A stretch of DNA of 64,000 bases from a bacterium (GCA_030696105.1 JAUYNJ010000004.1:77872-141871), one strand, 5' to 3'; counted from the stretch's first letter, positions 51,901 through 61,569 are shown. The notes: generated from the sequence alone by a model not told the origin. Numbers and translations: made by a program.

Positions 51901-52368
51901 CTACCTAGAGAAATGGGCAAAAGCTTTGTTCGCCTCAGCCATCTTATGAACCGCTTCCCTCTTCTTAACCGCTGCGCCTTCACCATTAGAGGCGTCTAAA
52001 ATTTCGGCCGCTAATTTCTCGGCCATGGAGCGACCACGACGAGCATGAGCAGAATTGATCATCCAGTGGCAGCCCAAATAAAAACGGCGTTCGCCACGTA
52101 CCTGGAAAGGAACCTGATAGTTGGCGCCACCGACACGCTTACCACGAACTTCGACTAATGGAGAAACTTTTTTCATCGCCTTGTTAAATACATGGCGAGG
52201 ATCCTGCTTTGTTTTTTCTTTGATAATATTAAAAGAGCCGTAGACGATACGTTCAGAAACGCTCTTCTTGCCATCCTGCATCACATAGTTGATGAGTTTG
52301 GTGATGTTTTTATCGTTGTATTTACTGTCCCCAGCGATATCTCTCTTGGGGGCTTGTTTTCCTCTCAT
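51901..52368 (-). CDS. rpsG: 30S ribosomal protein S7
   Basis: RVGGANYQVP, HKMAEANKAFAHF. Confidence 0.98.
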   Translation of the reverse strand: MRGKQAPKRDIAGDSKYNDKNITKLINYVMQDGKKSVSERIVYGSFNIIKEKTKQDPRHVFNKAMKKVSPLVEVRGKRVGGANYQVPFQVRGERRFYLGCHWMINSAHARRGRSMAEKLAAEILDASNGEGAAVKKREAVHKMAEANKAFAHFSR

Positions 52369-52458
52369 AGTTACTTGAAGGTCGCATCAACAGCTATTAC
52401 TAATGCGCGCCTTATTATATATATGGATCGGCTTAATGCTTCTCCGGTATAAACAAAT

Positions 52459-52884
52459 TTATTTGCCTGCCTTTGGTTTTTTAGCACCATAGCAGCTACG
52501 TCCTTGGCGGCGAGCTTCAACGCCAACGGCATCGTAAACGCCACGAACAACTTTGTAGCGAACACCAGGAAGATCTTTTGTTTTTCCACCCTTCACGAGT
52601 ACGATGGAGTGTTCCTGTAAATTATGTCCCATGCCAGGAATATAAGTTGTAACTTCCATGCCGTTAGACAAACGCACACGAGCGATTTTACGCAACGCGG
52701 AGTTTGGCTTTTTTGGAGTGGTTGTTGTTACCTTAACGCAGACACCCTGCTTAAAAGGCGCGCCTTTTTTATTGACGTTCTTTTTACGATGGAGTGAGTC
52801 CAAAGTTGTATGCAACGCTAAAGAAGTTTGGCGTCGTTTTTTTGGTGTTCTGCCCTTGCGGACCAGTTGGTTAATTGTCGGCAT
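52459..52884 (-). CDS. rpsL: 30S ribosomal protein S12
   Basis: [17 protein letters not shown]. Confidence 0.98.
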   Translation of the reverse strand: MPTINQLVRKGRTPKKRRQTSLALHTTLDSLHRKKNVNKKGAPFKQGVCVKVTTTTPKKPNSALRKIARVRLSNGMEVTTYIPGMGHNLQEHSIVLVKGGKTKDLPGVRYKVVRGVYDAVGVEARRQGRSCYGAKKPKAGK

Positions 52885-53119
52885 AATACTTCAACGGTTA
52901 TTTATAACCTCAGGATAATTTATTAATAAATGCACAATAGAGTGCAAAGAAGGACGGCCTTATCCTGACCGCTTTCTTTTTCTTAAACATTAGTTATCGT
53001 GATAACAAAATATCCTGACCTATCAGGATAGAGTTAATACCCGAATACTTTATCAAAATCAAAAAAATAAGTCAAGATAAGCTAATAATTACCGCTCTAA
53101 TCTAAGCAGTGACTTAAGA

Positions 53120-53722
53120 CTATAAGGCGACGGTGACCGCCCGATATAAGAAGTCAATGACCGGCAGCAGATATGGAAAGCCTATCCAGGCAAATATAAT
53201 CACCAGTATGAAGCCAAAACGCTCCAATCCGAGGTATTTAAGCTTCGCAGATTCTGGCAAAAAGGCGGCTAATATTTTAGAGCCGTCAAGGGGTGGCAGG
53301 GGCAAGAGATTGAAAACCATCAGGATTAAATTGATATAAATAATCAATGACAGCAGCCCGGAAAAAGTCAGACTGATAAAGGGTAAGACGGCCAGTAATA
53401 GACCAAATATCACAGCTATAGTGAAGTTAGCAAGCGGTCCAGCGAGCGCCACTTTTGCTTCCCCATAACGTCTATCCCTCAAATTATAGGGGTTATAGGG
53501 CACTGGCTTTGCCCAGCCGAAGGCAAAAGGCATGCCAGAAACCAGCATTAACCCTGGTAAAAGGAAGGACCCAAAGAATTCTAAGTGCTTTATTGGGTTT
53601 AAAGTCAGGCGACCGGCGTTCTTGGCAGTCGGATCGCCGAGACGGTCCGCCATCCAGCCATGCATATACTCATGAATGACAGCCGAAAAGATTAAGATTA
53701 TTATCTGATATAATGTGATCAT
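53120..53722 (-). CDS. Site-2 protease (M50 family)
   Basis: HEYMH, AGPLAN, FNLLPLPPLDG. Confidence 0.93.
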   Translation of the reverse strand: MITLYQIIILIFSAVIHEYMHGWMADRLGDPTAKNAGRLTLNPIKHLEFFGSFLLPGLMLVSGMPFAFGWAKPVPYNPYNLRDRRYGEAKVALAGPLANFTIAVIFGLLLAVLPFISLTFSGLLSLIIYINLILMVFNLLPLPPLDGSKILAAFLPESAKLKYLGLERFGFILVIIFAWIGFPYLLPVIDFLYRAVTVAL

Positions 53723-53889
53723 AACAAAGATATTAGTGAAATTATACATATAACTATGTCACAATTTTAGCATATCTTGATTAATTTTAAAAATATGCTA
53801 ATATTTAGGCATCAAACTATTTAAACAGACGGCCGCCGATAAAAGCCCGTTTTTTGGTGCATTCCTCTCGGCTGTTTCAAAATACCAAT

Positions 53890-54144
53890 ATGTCGAAACA
53901 ATGTGATTTATGCAAACGCACCGCGACTAAGGGCGCTAGCCGTTCTCATTCTAAAATCCAAACGCTCAAACGTCAGAACATCAATCTTCAAGCCAAGACT
54001 ATCGATGGCTTAAAGTTGAAGGTTTGTACTAGTTGTATGCGTACTATGGCTAAGTATGAAAGAGAAGAAATTGAGGTTAAAGCAAAAGTGAAGGCCAAAG
54101 TTGCTGCCGATAAGGCGAAGGCAGCTGCTGCTAAAGCAAAATAA
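53890..54144 (+). CDS. rpmB: 50S ribosomal protein L28
   Basis: MSKQCDLC...RSHS..T.KRQNINLQ...CTSC; start corrected. Confidence 0.92.
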   Translation: MSKQCDLCKRTATKGASRSHSKIQTLKRQNINLQAKTIDGLKLKVCTSCMRTMAKYEREEIEVKAKVKAKVAADKAKAAAAKAK

Positions 54145-54164
54145 AATTATTTTTAAAAAGTGCC

Positions 54165-55649
54165 CTAGCGATAGGGCGCTTTTTTTATTACTTGATTCTT
54201 CCCTGCTCTTATCAAAACAAATATGATTAAGGCACAATAATAAATGCCTGCATGCCAAGCCGTAAACCAAGGCACTTCAATATATCCTCCCGGGAAGTGA
54301 GCGCCAACAGTACCGACGTATAATAAATATTTTAACAACAAATATACCGGCGACCACACCAAGAGATTCACACCTAAGAATCCAGTTAGAGTGAGCGCGA
54401 TAAGCATGACAACAACAAGTGGGCCAAACACCCAAAAAGCGAGCACGTTAGTGAAAGGTGAAATCAATGACACCCCGCCGGAAGTTAAAGCCAGTAATGG
54501 CCAGACAGCAATCTGAGCCGAGAGTGAAAGTTTAAAGGCGGAAACGAGCGTCTGCCAAAAGCGTTTTAAACTCGATTCATAGGGATAAATACGCGTTGCC
54601 ATTATCGGATTAAAGGCAATCATACCAGCGACCGCTAAAAATGATAATTGAAAACCAAGATCGTAGCGCCAAAGCAGTGGATTTTGATAAAGCATATAAG
54701 CGCCAGCGAGCACGAGTGGCAGCCAGGCCGTTTGCAGGCGCCCGCGACGCCAAGCATACAACATAATACCGCCCATCAGTAGTGAGCGCCAAGCCGACGC
54801 TTGCACACCAGTAAGCAAAACATACATAGCAGCGAAGGCTAAAGCCGGCCAAATCGCTTTCCGCTTATTCACTCCTAAATATACGGCTAAGCCGATAATT
54901 ATTTCTAGAAACAAACTAATGTGCCCACCAGAAATTGCAACAATGTGACTTAGGCCTGCCTTTTTAAAATTGTCATCATCAGTCGGTACTAAGGTATATT
55001 TATAGCCAAGTAACAAGGCGGTGGCGAGTCCTGATTCCGGCTCAGGCAAAGCGCGATTAAACACTTTTAAGCCAGCGCGCTTGGCGGCATATAATTTCCG
55101 CATAACTGCCCCTCCTTCCACCCCCTCTTTAATACTAATCACACTCGGCCACGAACAAGTCGCACCAATACCGCGAGCAGATAAATAAGCAGCGTAATCA
55201 AAGTCCTCAAATATTGCCGGCTTTTCCAAACGACAACGCAGCTCCAAGTAATCACCATAATACACTGACGGATATAGCGGCAATTTTACGGCAAGCCTCT
55301 CCTCTAAGGCTTTTCCTTGAAATACCGGTGCCGCCGGACATAAAACGAGCGATTGTCCGTCCCAGCGCTGCTCCGGATCAGCGCAGACCCAAAAGCTCCA
55401 GACCTGTGTCTCTCCAAAATATGTAGCTAGCTGCTCCCCTGGAATTTCTCTTCCCTCTACGCGCCAAAGCCCAAGCGCAAAAAAGACTAGGACAATTGTC
55501 GCCCGACGCAAACGCGGTAAGCGGCGCAACAATATCGACAATATGATAAACAAAACCGTCCAGACATTACTGCAAATACCAGGTATAAAGCTGCCTATTA
55601 CTATTCCTGCAAAAAAAGCGCTAAGGCGCCAAAAAAGAGATGCGAGCAT
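54165..55649 (-). CDS. comEC: ComEC/Rec2 competence protein (OB + competence domains, no beta-lactamase domain)
   Basis: FDYAAYL, GLSHIVAISGGH, GFQLSFLA. Confidence 0.93.
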   Translation of the reverse strand: MLASLFWRLSAFFAGIVIGSFIPGICSNVWTVLFIILSILLRRLPRLRRATIVLVFFALGLWRVEGREIPGEQLATYFGETQVWSFWVCADPEQRWDGQSLVLCPAAPVFQGKALEERLAVKLPLYPSVYYGDYLELRCRLEKPAIFEDFDYAAYLSARGIGATCSWPSVISIKEGVEGGAVMRKLYAAKRAGLKVFNRALPEPESGLATALLLGYKYTLVPTDDDNFKKAGLSHIVAISGGHISLFLEIIIGLAVYLGVNKRKAIWPALAFAAMYVLLTGVQASAWRSLLMGGIMLYAWRRGRLQTAWLPLVLAGAYMLYQNPLLWRYDLGFQLSFLAVAGMIAFNPIMATRIYPYESSLKRFWQTLVSAFKLSLSAQIAVWPLLALTSGGVSLISPFTNVLAFWVFGPLVVVMLIALTLTGFLGVNLLVWSPVYLLLKYLLYVGTVGAHFPGGYIEVPWFTAWHAGIYYCALIIFVLIRAGKNQVIKKAPYR

Positions 55650-55703
55650 CTCTTTATTATAATCAGGCTTGCTAAAATCGAAATAACAACTCTGAATTAA
55701 GAA

Positions 55704-56819
55704 TTAACCTTCGGCGCGCTGCCACTTTAAGTAAGCCGCGATGAAGTCATCAATCTCGCCGTCCATCACGGCGTCAACGTTCGTATCCTCCTGATTACTA
55801 CGGTGATCTTTCACTAAACGATTACCGTAAAACCAGTATGAGCGAATTTGTTGTCCCCATTCCGCCTTCACTACCCCGCCCTTCAAACGTTTTTCTTCTT
55901 CCTCTTTTTTCTGTAATTCGAGTTGCGCTAATTTTGAGCGTAATATGGAATAGGCATTTTCTTTGTTCTGATGCTGTGAGCGCTCAGACTGCGCGCTGAC
56001 GGTAATACCAGTCGGCAGGTGGACGAGACGAACCGCCGAGTCGGTGGTGTTAACACTCTGCCCTCCTGGGCCACTCGAACGAAATACATCAATTCGCACC
56101 TCTTCATCTTTAATCACAATATCATTCGCTGGAATTTCTGGAATAACTTCTACTGACGCAAATGATGTTTGACGCAAACCATCAGCATTAAAAGGCGAAT
56201 TTCTTAATAGGCGATGCGTGCCGTTTTCACTCTTTAAATTGCCATAAGCCCGGTAGCCACTGATTTTAAGCAGTGTACTCTTAATGCCAGCCTCCGTTCC
56301 GAGTAAACGGTCAACAATCTCAGCTTTCCAGCCTTGGCGTTCGGCAAAGCGTAAATACATACGCTCAAGCATTTGCGCCCAATCTTGCGCATCAACCCCG
56401 CCCGTGCCGGCGTTAATGCCAATAAGGGCGTCACGTTCGTCATACTTCCCAGTGAACAGTGAGGCTGCTTCCAGACGGTCAAGCTCTTTATTAAAATGAG
56501 CCGCCTTATCAGCTAAGTCCTTCAAGATAGCAGTATCATTTTCTGCTGTTGCCATCTTCGCTAAATCAAGACTATCAGCTAAGGCAGTTTTTAAATCAAG
56601 CCACTTTTGTTTATCCTTTTGCATGCCTTCAAGACGACGACTAACACTAATTGCCCTTTCTTGATCAGACCAAAAATCAGAGGCCTCCATTGCCTTTTGT
56701 AATTTCTTTATCTCTTGTTCATTATCATCAACGCCTAAATCAAACGCTAAAGCCTCCCGGCGCGTAACGAGTTCTAACAGCGTATTTTCAATATTGTCGA
56801 GATTGTGCTGATCTTCCAT
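55704..56819 (-). CDS. prfB: Peptide chain release factor 2 (no programmed frameshift)
   Basis: SPF motif and GPGGQ in one continuous ORF. Confidence 0.96.
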   Translation of the reverse strand: MEDQHNLDNIENTLLELVTRREALAFDLGVDDNEQEIKKLQKAMEASDFWSDQERAISVSRRLEGMQKDKQKWLDLKTALADSLDLAKMATAENDTAILKDLADKAAHFNKELDRLEAASLFTGKYDERDALIGINAGTGGVDAQDWAQMLERMYLRFAERQGWKAEIVDRLLGTEAGIKSTLLKISGYRAYGNLKSENGTHRLLRNSPFNADGLRQTSFASVEVIPEIPANDIVIKDEEVRIDVFRSSGPGGQSVNTTDSAVRLVHLPTGITVSAQSERSQHQNKENAYSILRSKLAQLELQKKEEEEKRLKGGVVKAEWGQQIRSYWFYGNRLVKDHRSNQEDTNVDAVMDGEIDDFIAAYLKWQRAEG

Positions 56820-56834
56820 ATATTAATTTTGAAA

Positions 56835-57977
56835 TTACTTTTTAAATAGATTTAAGTAATCTCTTAAAACATACAATCTATTACGCGAATGACCGGTAAG
56901 CTCCTCTAGTATTTGCAGATCGATAAGCGATTTTAGAAGCCGATTTGACGTATTAAGACCGATATTGAGATTTTCTTGTACCGATTTTGAGTTAAGAATA
57001 GGGCGCGAATACATGAAGTTAATTAATTTTTGTGCGTTTTTAGCCCTTATGCCAAGACTTAATATCTTCTGTTCATAATCTAAGCGCAGTTCAATAATAC
57101 TTTTAAAGGTATGTATACTATCATTTGCAGTATCAATAACACCACTTAAGAAAAACTTAATCCATTGCTCTAGATCGCCATTTTTCCTCACCATACTTAG
57201 TGAGTCATAATATGAACTTCTGTTCTTTTCAAAAAAAGCAGAAAGATACAGCGTTGGGGTCGTAAGTATTTTTGACTCAACTAATTGCAAGGCAATCAAT
57301 AATCTACCTATTCTCCCGTTCCCATCAAGAAATGGATGAATAGTCTCAAACTGGTAGTGGATAATTCCCATCTTAATCACTACCGGTAAATTCAAACTAC
57401 CGTTATGCCAAAATTTTTCAAGGTCGGTTAAGAGCTCGGGAAGCTCATCATGAGATGGAGGAATAAAAGAAGCATCTACAAGCGATGAGCCGCCAATCCA
57501 ATTTTGACTCCGTCTAATTTCTCCCGGGTTCTTATACTCGCCCCTTACACCCGATAATAATTTGTCATGGGTCTCACGAATCAACCTGGTACTGAGGGGC
57601 AAGGTTTTAAGTTTAAAAATTGCAAAATTTAGTGCACTAATATAATTTTGCACCTCTTCCCAATCGTCTCTTTTTTCCGGGTCAATTTCTTCTCTTGGTA
57701 ATACCGCCTCATCGATGCCCGTTTTTGTACCCTCAATCATGCTAGACTTAGTCGCTTCTCTGACAACATTCATTTGAATGAAAAAATCAACATCGGGCAC
57801 TAAATATGAGTAAGCGTTAAGCTCACCCAGGAGTCTTGTCGCCTTTTCAAGCAAAACATCAATAACTTTATCGTGCCAATCAAAATCACGATTAATAAAA
57901 GACGGCGAAAAACTTTTATATTCACCTTCTTTATTATGCAGTTGTTTTTTGTAGCTTCCAGCTGCAAATTTCTTCAT
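56835..57977 (-). CDS. Fic-family AMPylase (class II type) with C-terminal wHTH
   Basis: HPFLDGNGRIGR; N-terminal inhibitory SSMIEG. Confidence 0.94.
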   Translation of the reverse strand: MKKFAAGSYKKQLHNKEGEYKSFSPSFINRDFDWHDKVIDVLLEKATRLLGELNAYSYLVPDVDFFIQMNVVREATKSSMIEGTKTGIDEAVLPREEIDPEKRDDWEEVQNYISALNFAIFKLKTLPLSTRLIRETHDKLLSGVRGEYKNPGEIRRSQNWIGGSSLVDASFIPPSHDELPELLTDLEKFWHNGSLNLPVVIKMGIIHYQFETIHPFLDGNGRIGRLLIALQLVESKILTTPTLYLSAFFEKNRSSYYDSLSMVRKNGDLEQWIKFFLSGVIDTANDSIHTFKSIIELRLDYEQKILSLGIRAKNAQKLINFMYSRPILNSKSVQENLNIGLNTSNRLLKSLIDLQILEELTGHSRNRLYVLRDYLNLFKK

Positions 57978-57978
57978 A

Positions 57979-58051
57979 TTTTGGAGTTAATCAAATCCAT
58001 AGCTCCATTTTAGATGATTTTTGGAGTTAAGTCAAATTTTAGCTTCCATTT
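57979..58051 (-). promoter_or_regulatory. fic promoter with two tandem palindromic operators
   Basis: TTGACT-17-TAAAAT overlapped by two TGGAGTTA-N10-TAGCT(T)CCA units. Confidence 0.7.
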
Positions 58052-58069
58052 CTAATTTGTTTAAATTAC

Positions 58070-58100
58070 AAAAAACGCCGCAGTAAACAGGGCGTTTTTT
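58070..58100 (-). terminator. rpsI terminator
   Basis: AAAAACGCC..GGCGTTTTTT. Confidence 0.75.
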
Positions 58101-58127
58101 GATATTGAAATTGGGATAATGATGATA

Positions 58128-58622
58128 TTAGCGCTTGCTCCACTGTGGGCGCTTTCTCGCTCCTTTGAAACCAGGTTTCTTTCTTTCCTTCTTTCTGGGG
58201 TCGCGAGTCAGAAAACAGTTAAGCTTCAAAGCTTCCTTCATTAAAGGATCAAGAGTTAAGAGAGCGCGAGCAATACCGTGACGGCAAGCTTCCATTTGTC
58301 CAGTGCTACCACCACCTTTAACGATGATGGAAAAGTTAAAGTCACGAACGTGTCCAGTCACTTTCAGCGGCTGGCTGACGATACTTAAACCTTCGTTAGG
58401 AAAATATACTGAACCTTTTTTGCCGTTAATCATGATAACACCCTTGCCGTCCTTGTACATACGTACCTGAGCAACAGAAGTTTTACGGCGACCAACGGTC
58501 TTAATATAAGAACCAGTAAACTCAGCGGTATCAGGCACTGGAGCTTCTTTAACCTCTTCAGTTTCTTCAACTGCTTCAAGCACCGGCTTTTTTTCTTTAA
58601 CTGTTTTTGTTTTCGTTTCCAT
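58128..58622 (-). CDS. rpsI: 30S ribosomal protein S9
   Basis: GRRKTS, ERKKPG..ARK.PQWSKR. Confidence 0.97.
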   Translation of the reverse strand: METKTKTVKEKKPVLEAVEETEEVKEAPVPDTAEFTGSYIKTVGRRKTSVAQVRMYKDGKGVIMINGKKGSVYFPNEGLSIVSQPLKVTGHVRDFNFSIIVKGGGSTGQMEACRHGIARALLTLDPLMKEALKLNCFLTRDPRKKERKKPGFKGARKRPQWSKR

Positions 58623-58626
58623 AGGA

Positions 58627-58983
58627 TTATCTAATAATTAAGCGCTTCATCTGCGCATCGCGCAGCTTGGTCGGAGGAAGCATCTGCTTCACCGCTCGGC
58701 GCAAAACTTCGCCCGGATCTTTCGCGAAGACCTCAGACATTCTTCTGGTCTTCAAACCACCGACAAAACCAGTAAAGCTGAAATATTTCTTTTGCAGTAA
58801 TTTCTTGCCACTAAAAGACATCTTAGTGATATTTACCACTTCGACGATATCACCTTCATCAAGATGAGGTTGATATTCTGGCTTATTCTTACCGCGCAAA
58901 ATAATCGCGATCTGACTGGCTAAACGGCCGTAGGCCTGATTCGTTGCGTCAAGTTTATGGATTTTTCTTTCGAATGTGTTCAT
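58627..58983 (-). CDS. rplM: 50S ribosomal protein L13 (short)
   Basis: GRLAS.IA..LRGKNKP, MLP. Confidence 0.95.
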   Translation of the reverse strand: MNTFERKIHKLDATNQAYGRLASQIAIILRGKNKPEYQPHLDEGDIVEVVNITKMSFSGKKLLQKKYFSFTGFVGGLKTRRMSEVFAKDPGEVLRRAVKQMLPPTKLRDAQMKRLIIR

Positions 58984-59006
58984 ATATGGTTATGATTGCG
59001 CGTAAA

Positions 59007-59357
59007 TTATACTAACTCGATCTGAACCATCTCGGCGCCATCTCCCTGACGCGGTCCGAGCTTGGTTGTGCGGGTGTAACCGCCGTTGCGAGTAGCGTAG
59101 CGAGTCCCTAAAACTTCCATTGCTTTTTTAACTGCATTCTTCTGAAGCAAAACTTTAATTAAGCCGCGACGAGCAGTCAAATCACCAACTTTAGCTGAAG
59201 TAATCATCCTTTCAACTAAAGGACGGACTGCTTGAGCCTTAGCCTTAGTTGTTTTTACTTTTTCATAAATCAGGATGCTTGAAGCCAAGTTACGAAGCAT
59301 GAGTTCGCGTGGTCCTTTTTCCCGGTCTAAGATTTTATTCTTGTTTCTGTGGCGCAT
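59007..59357 (-). CDS. rplQ: 50S ribosomal protein L17
   Basis: MRHR, GGYTR, R.GDGA. Confidence 0.97.
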   Translation of the reverse strand: MRHRNKNKILDREKGPRELMLRNLASSILIYEKVKTTKAKAQAVRPLVERMITSAKVGDLTARRGLIKVLLQKNAVKKAMEVLGTRYATRNGGYTRTTKLGPRQGDGAEMVQIELV

Positions 59358-59384
59358 ATTATAAGTATTATGTGGGAAGCGTAA

Positions 59385-60200
59385 TTATTTTTTACTCTTC
59401 TTCTTTGCCGGTTTCTCCGTCTCTTCGACAGGAGCGGCCTCTTCTTCAATTTCTTCAGTATTTAAATCGGCAGCAACTACCTCTTCTTCTTCAATCACCG
59501 GGGCAGGCTCTTTGGAACGAGGTAAAAGTGCGTTGAACTGATCAACTAAGATCTGAGTCGCCTGATTAAAGGCTTCCATCGGACTCAAGGTGCCATCGGT
59601 TCTCATGTTAATTAGGAGCTTGTCCCAATTCGTCATTTTACCGACACGGGTATTTTCAACGTCGAGGCTAACTGACAAGACGGGAGAAAAGATGGAATCG
59701 ATTTCGATATATCCTAATTCGTTATTTTCGCGCTTTGCACCTTCACTGAGGCGATAGCCTCTGCCTGGGCGGGCGAAAATTTCGACTTCAAGACTAGCTT
59801 TATCATCGGTCAGAGTAGCAAGCACTAATTCTGGATTCTTAATTTCAACTGCCGTATTCTTCGTGATCATTTCAGCGGTAACAGATTGCTTCCCTTTAAC
59901 TTTCAGTTCGAGGCGGACTTCTTCATCGCCGTGAATTTTCAAACGTAACTGCTTGATATTGAGCATGATTTCCAAAATATCTTCCTGAATACCAGACATG
60001 GTTGTAAACTCATGACTTGCGCCCTTGATTTTAACACCAACGACGGCTGCTCCTGGTAAAGAGGATAACAAAACGCGGCGCAAGGAATTGCCAAGGGTCA
60101 TGCCATAGCCGGGATATAAAGGTTCCACGACGATAACACCTTCATTAGCATTTTTTCCTTCAAGGAAATCTACTTTTTTTGGTAAAGCGATGTTTTCCAT
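59385..60200 (-). CDS. rpoA: RNA polymerase alpha subunit lacking the alpha-CTD
   Basis: EPLYPGYGMTLGNSLRRVLLSS; NTD followed only by a ~45-aa Glu/Lys tail. Confidence 0.96.
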   Translation of the reverse strand: MENIALPKKVDFLEGKNANEGVIVVEPLYPGYGMTLGNSLRRVLLSSLPGAAVVGVKIKGASHEFTTMSGIQEDILEIMLNIKQLRLKIHGDEEVRLELKVKGKQSVTAEMITKNTAVEIKNPELVLATLTDDKASLEVEIFARPGRGYRLSEGAKRENNELGYIEIDSIFSPVLSVSLDVENTRVGKMTNWDKLLINMRTDGTLSPMEAFNQATQILVDQFNALLPRSKEPAPVIEEEEVVAADLNTEEIEEEAAPVEETEKPAKKKSKK

Positions 60201-60282
60201 AAAACATGAAAGCCATCAACGCGCAGTCTTACGCCTCCCGGGAATCCCGAGACTGACGCCTCCTCAGCGCGCTAAACGACGA

Positions 60283-60918
60283 TTATTTTGAATAATACTC
60301 AATGATCATCTGGACATTGAAGTTTACTGGTAAATCAGAGTCAACTGGCTCATGCAGTACTTTTCCTTTGAGTTCCGCTCCATTTAAATTAAGCCAACCA
60401 GGAAGTTCAGTCTTCTTCTTTAAAGACTCAGTAATCTGCTTGAAATATGGGCTCTTAACACTTCCAGGGCGAACTGCGATTTCTTGTCCTTCCTTAACAA
60501 TAAATGACGGGATATCGGTCTTTACGCCGTTAACCTGGAAATGACCGTGGTTAATAAGTTGTCTCGCTTGAGCGCGTGAAGTTGCGAAGCCAAGACGATA
60601 TACAGTGCTATCAAGACGCATTTCAAGTAAACGTAAGAAATTCTTACCGGCATCACCTGACTTACCAGCAGCCTTTTTGAAGGTTAAGTGGAATTGCTTT
60701 TCCATTAACTGGTAATATTTCTTCAACTTCTGCTTTTCAGTAAGCTGAGTACCGAAATCACTGGATTTACGACGACCGCGAGTCGGTCCGTGAAAACCCG
60801 GAGGAAAATTGCGCTTAACGATACCGCATTTCGGGGTATTACAACGCTCACCCTTCAAGAATAACTTCTCTCCGGCGCGGCGACATTGTGTACATTTGCT
60901 GTCTAAATTTCTTCCCAT
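60283..60918 (-). CDS. rpsD: 30S ribosomal protein S4
   Basis: LE.RLD..VYRLGF..SR.QARQ; start at MGRN. Confidence 0.97.
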   Translation of the reverse strand: MGRNLDSKCTQCRRAGEKLFLKGERCNTPKCGIVKRNFPPGFHGPTRGRRKSSDFGTQLTEKQKLKKYYQLMEKQFHLTFKKAAGKSGDAGKNFLRLLEMRLDSTVYRLGFATSRAQARQLINHGHFQVNGVKTDIPSFIVKEGQEIAVRPGSVKSPYFKQITESLKKKTELPGWLNLNGAELKGKVLHEPVDSDLPVNFNVQMIIEYYSK

Positions 60919-60940
60919 ATTGATTGATGACAATTAATAA

Positions 60941-61534
60941 TTACACTCTTCTCGGTTTCTTCGGGCGGCAACCATTGTGCGGCACTGAAGTTGTGTCCTT
61001 AATCGCAGCGACTTCAAGGCCGTTAGCATTCAAAGCGCGAATAGCGGCTTCTCTGCCTGTACCTACACCAGAGACGAAGACGCTTACTTCTTGCAAGCCG
61101 TATTCTTCCTTAGCTTTTTGAACTGCAATTTTACAAATAATTTGAGCGGCGTAAGGAGTCGCCTTCTTGGCGCCCTTGAAACCAGCCATGCCGGCGCTTG
61201 CCCAGGAGATGACGTCGCCATGATCATCAGTTAAGGAAATCATGGTGTTGTTATAAGTAGCGTTGATATAAGCGCGACCGACCTTAACGGTGCGAGCGGC
61301 GCGTTTCTTGCGCTTCTTAACTAACTTCTTCTTGGCACGAGCCTGTTTATTCTTTTCCAATTTCTGCTTGATTTCTTCAGGCAATTCCTCATCAGCACCG
61401 GAATCAAGAGAAAAAGGGACGGCTTCGTTTTCGTCCTCATCAGCTGCAACAGCCTGTACTGCCTCAGCCGGAGCTGCGACAACAGGAGTTTCAACCTTTT
61501 CTTCTTCAGTATTTATTTTCTTTTCGTCGGACAT
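60941..61534 (-). CDS. rpsK: 30S ribosomal protein S11 with long N-terminal extension
   Basis: [16 protein letters not shown]. Confidence 0.97.
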   Translation of the reverse strand: MSDEKKINTEEEKVETPVVAAPAEAVQAVAADEDENEAVPFSLDSGADEELPEEIKQKLEKNKQARAKKKLVKKRKKRAARTVKVGRAYINATYNNTMISLTDDHGDVISWASAGMAGFKGAKKATPYAAQIICKIAVQKAKEEYGLQEVSVFVSGVGTGREAAIRALNANGLEVAAIKDTTSVPHNGCRPKKPRRV

Positions 61535-61569
61535 AAATAATTGATAAATTAATCTAGAGAGAAGAACGC

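Noticed and set aside
56700..56819. Programmed +1 frameshift in prfB
   Set aside because: The ORF is continuous, with no CTTTGA site.
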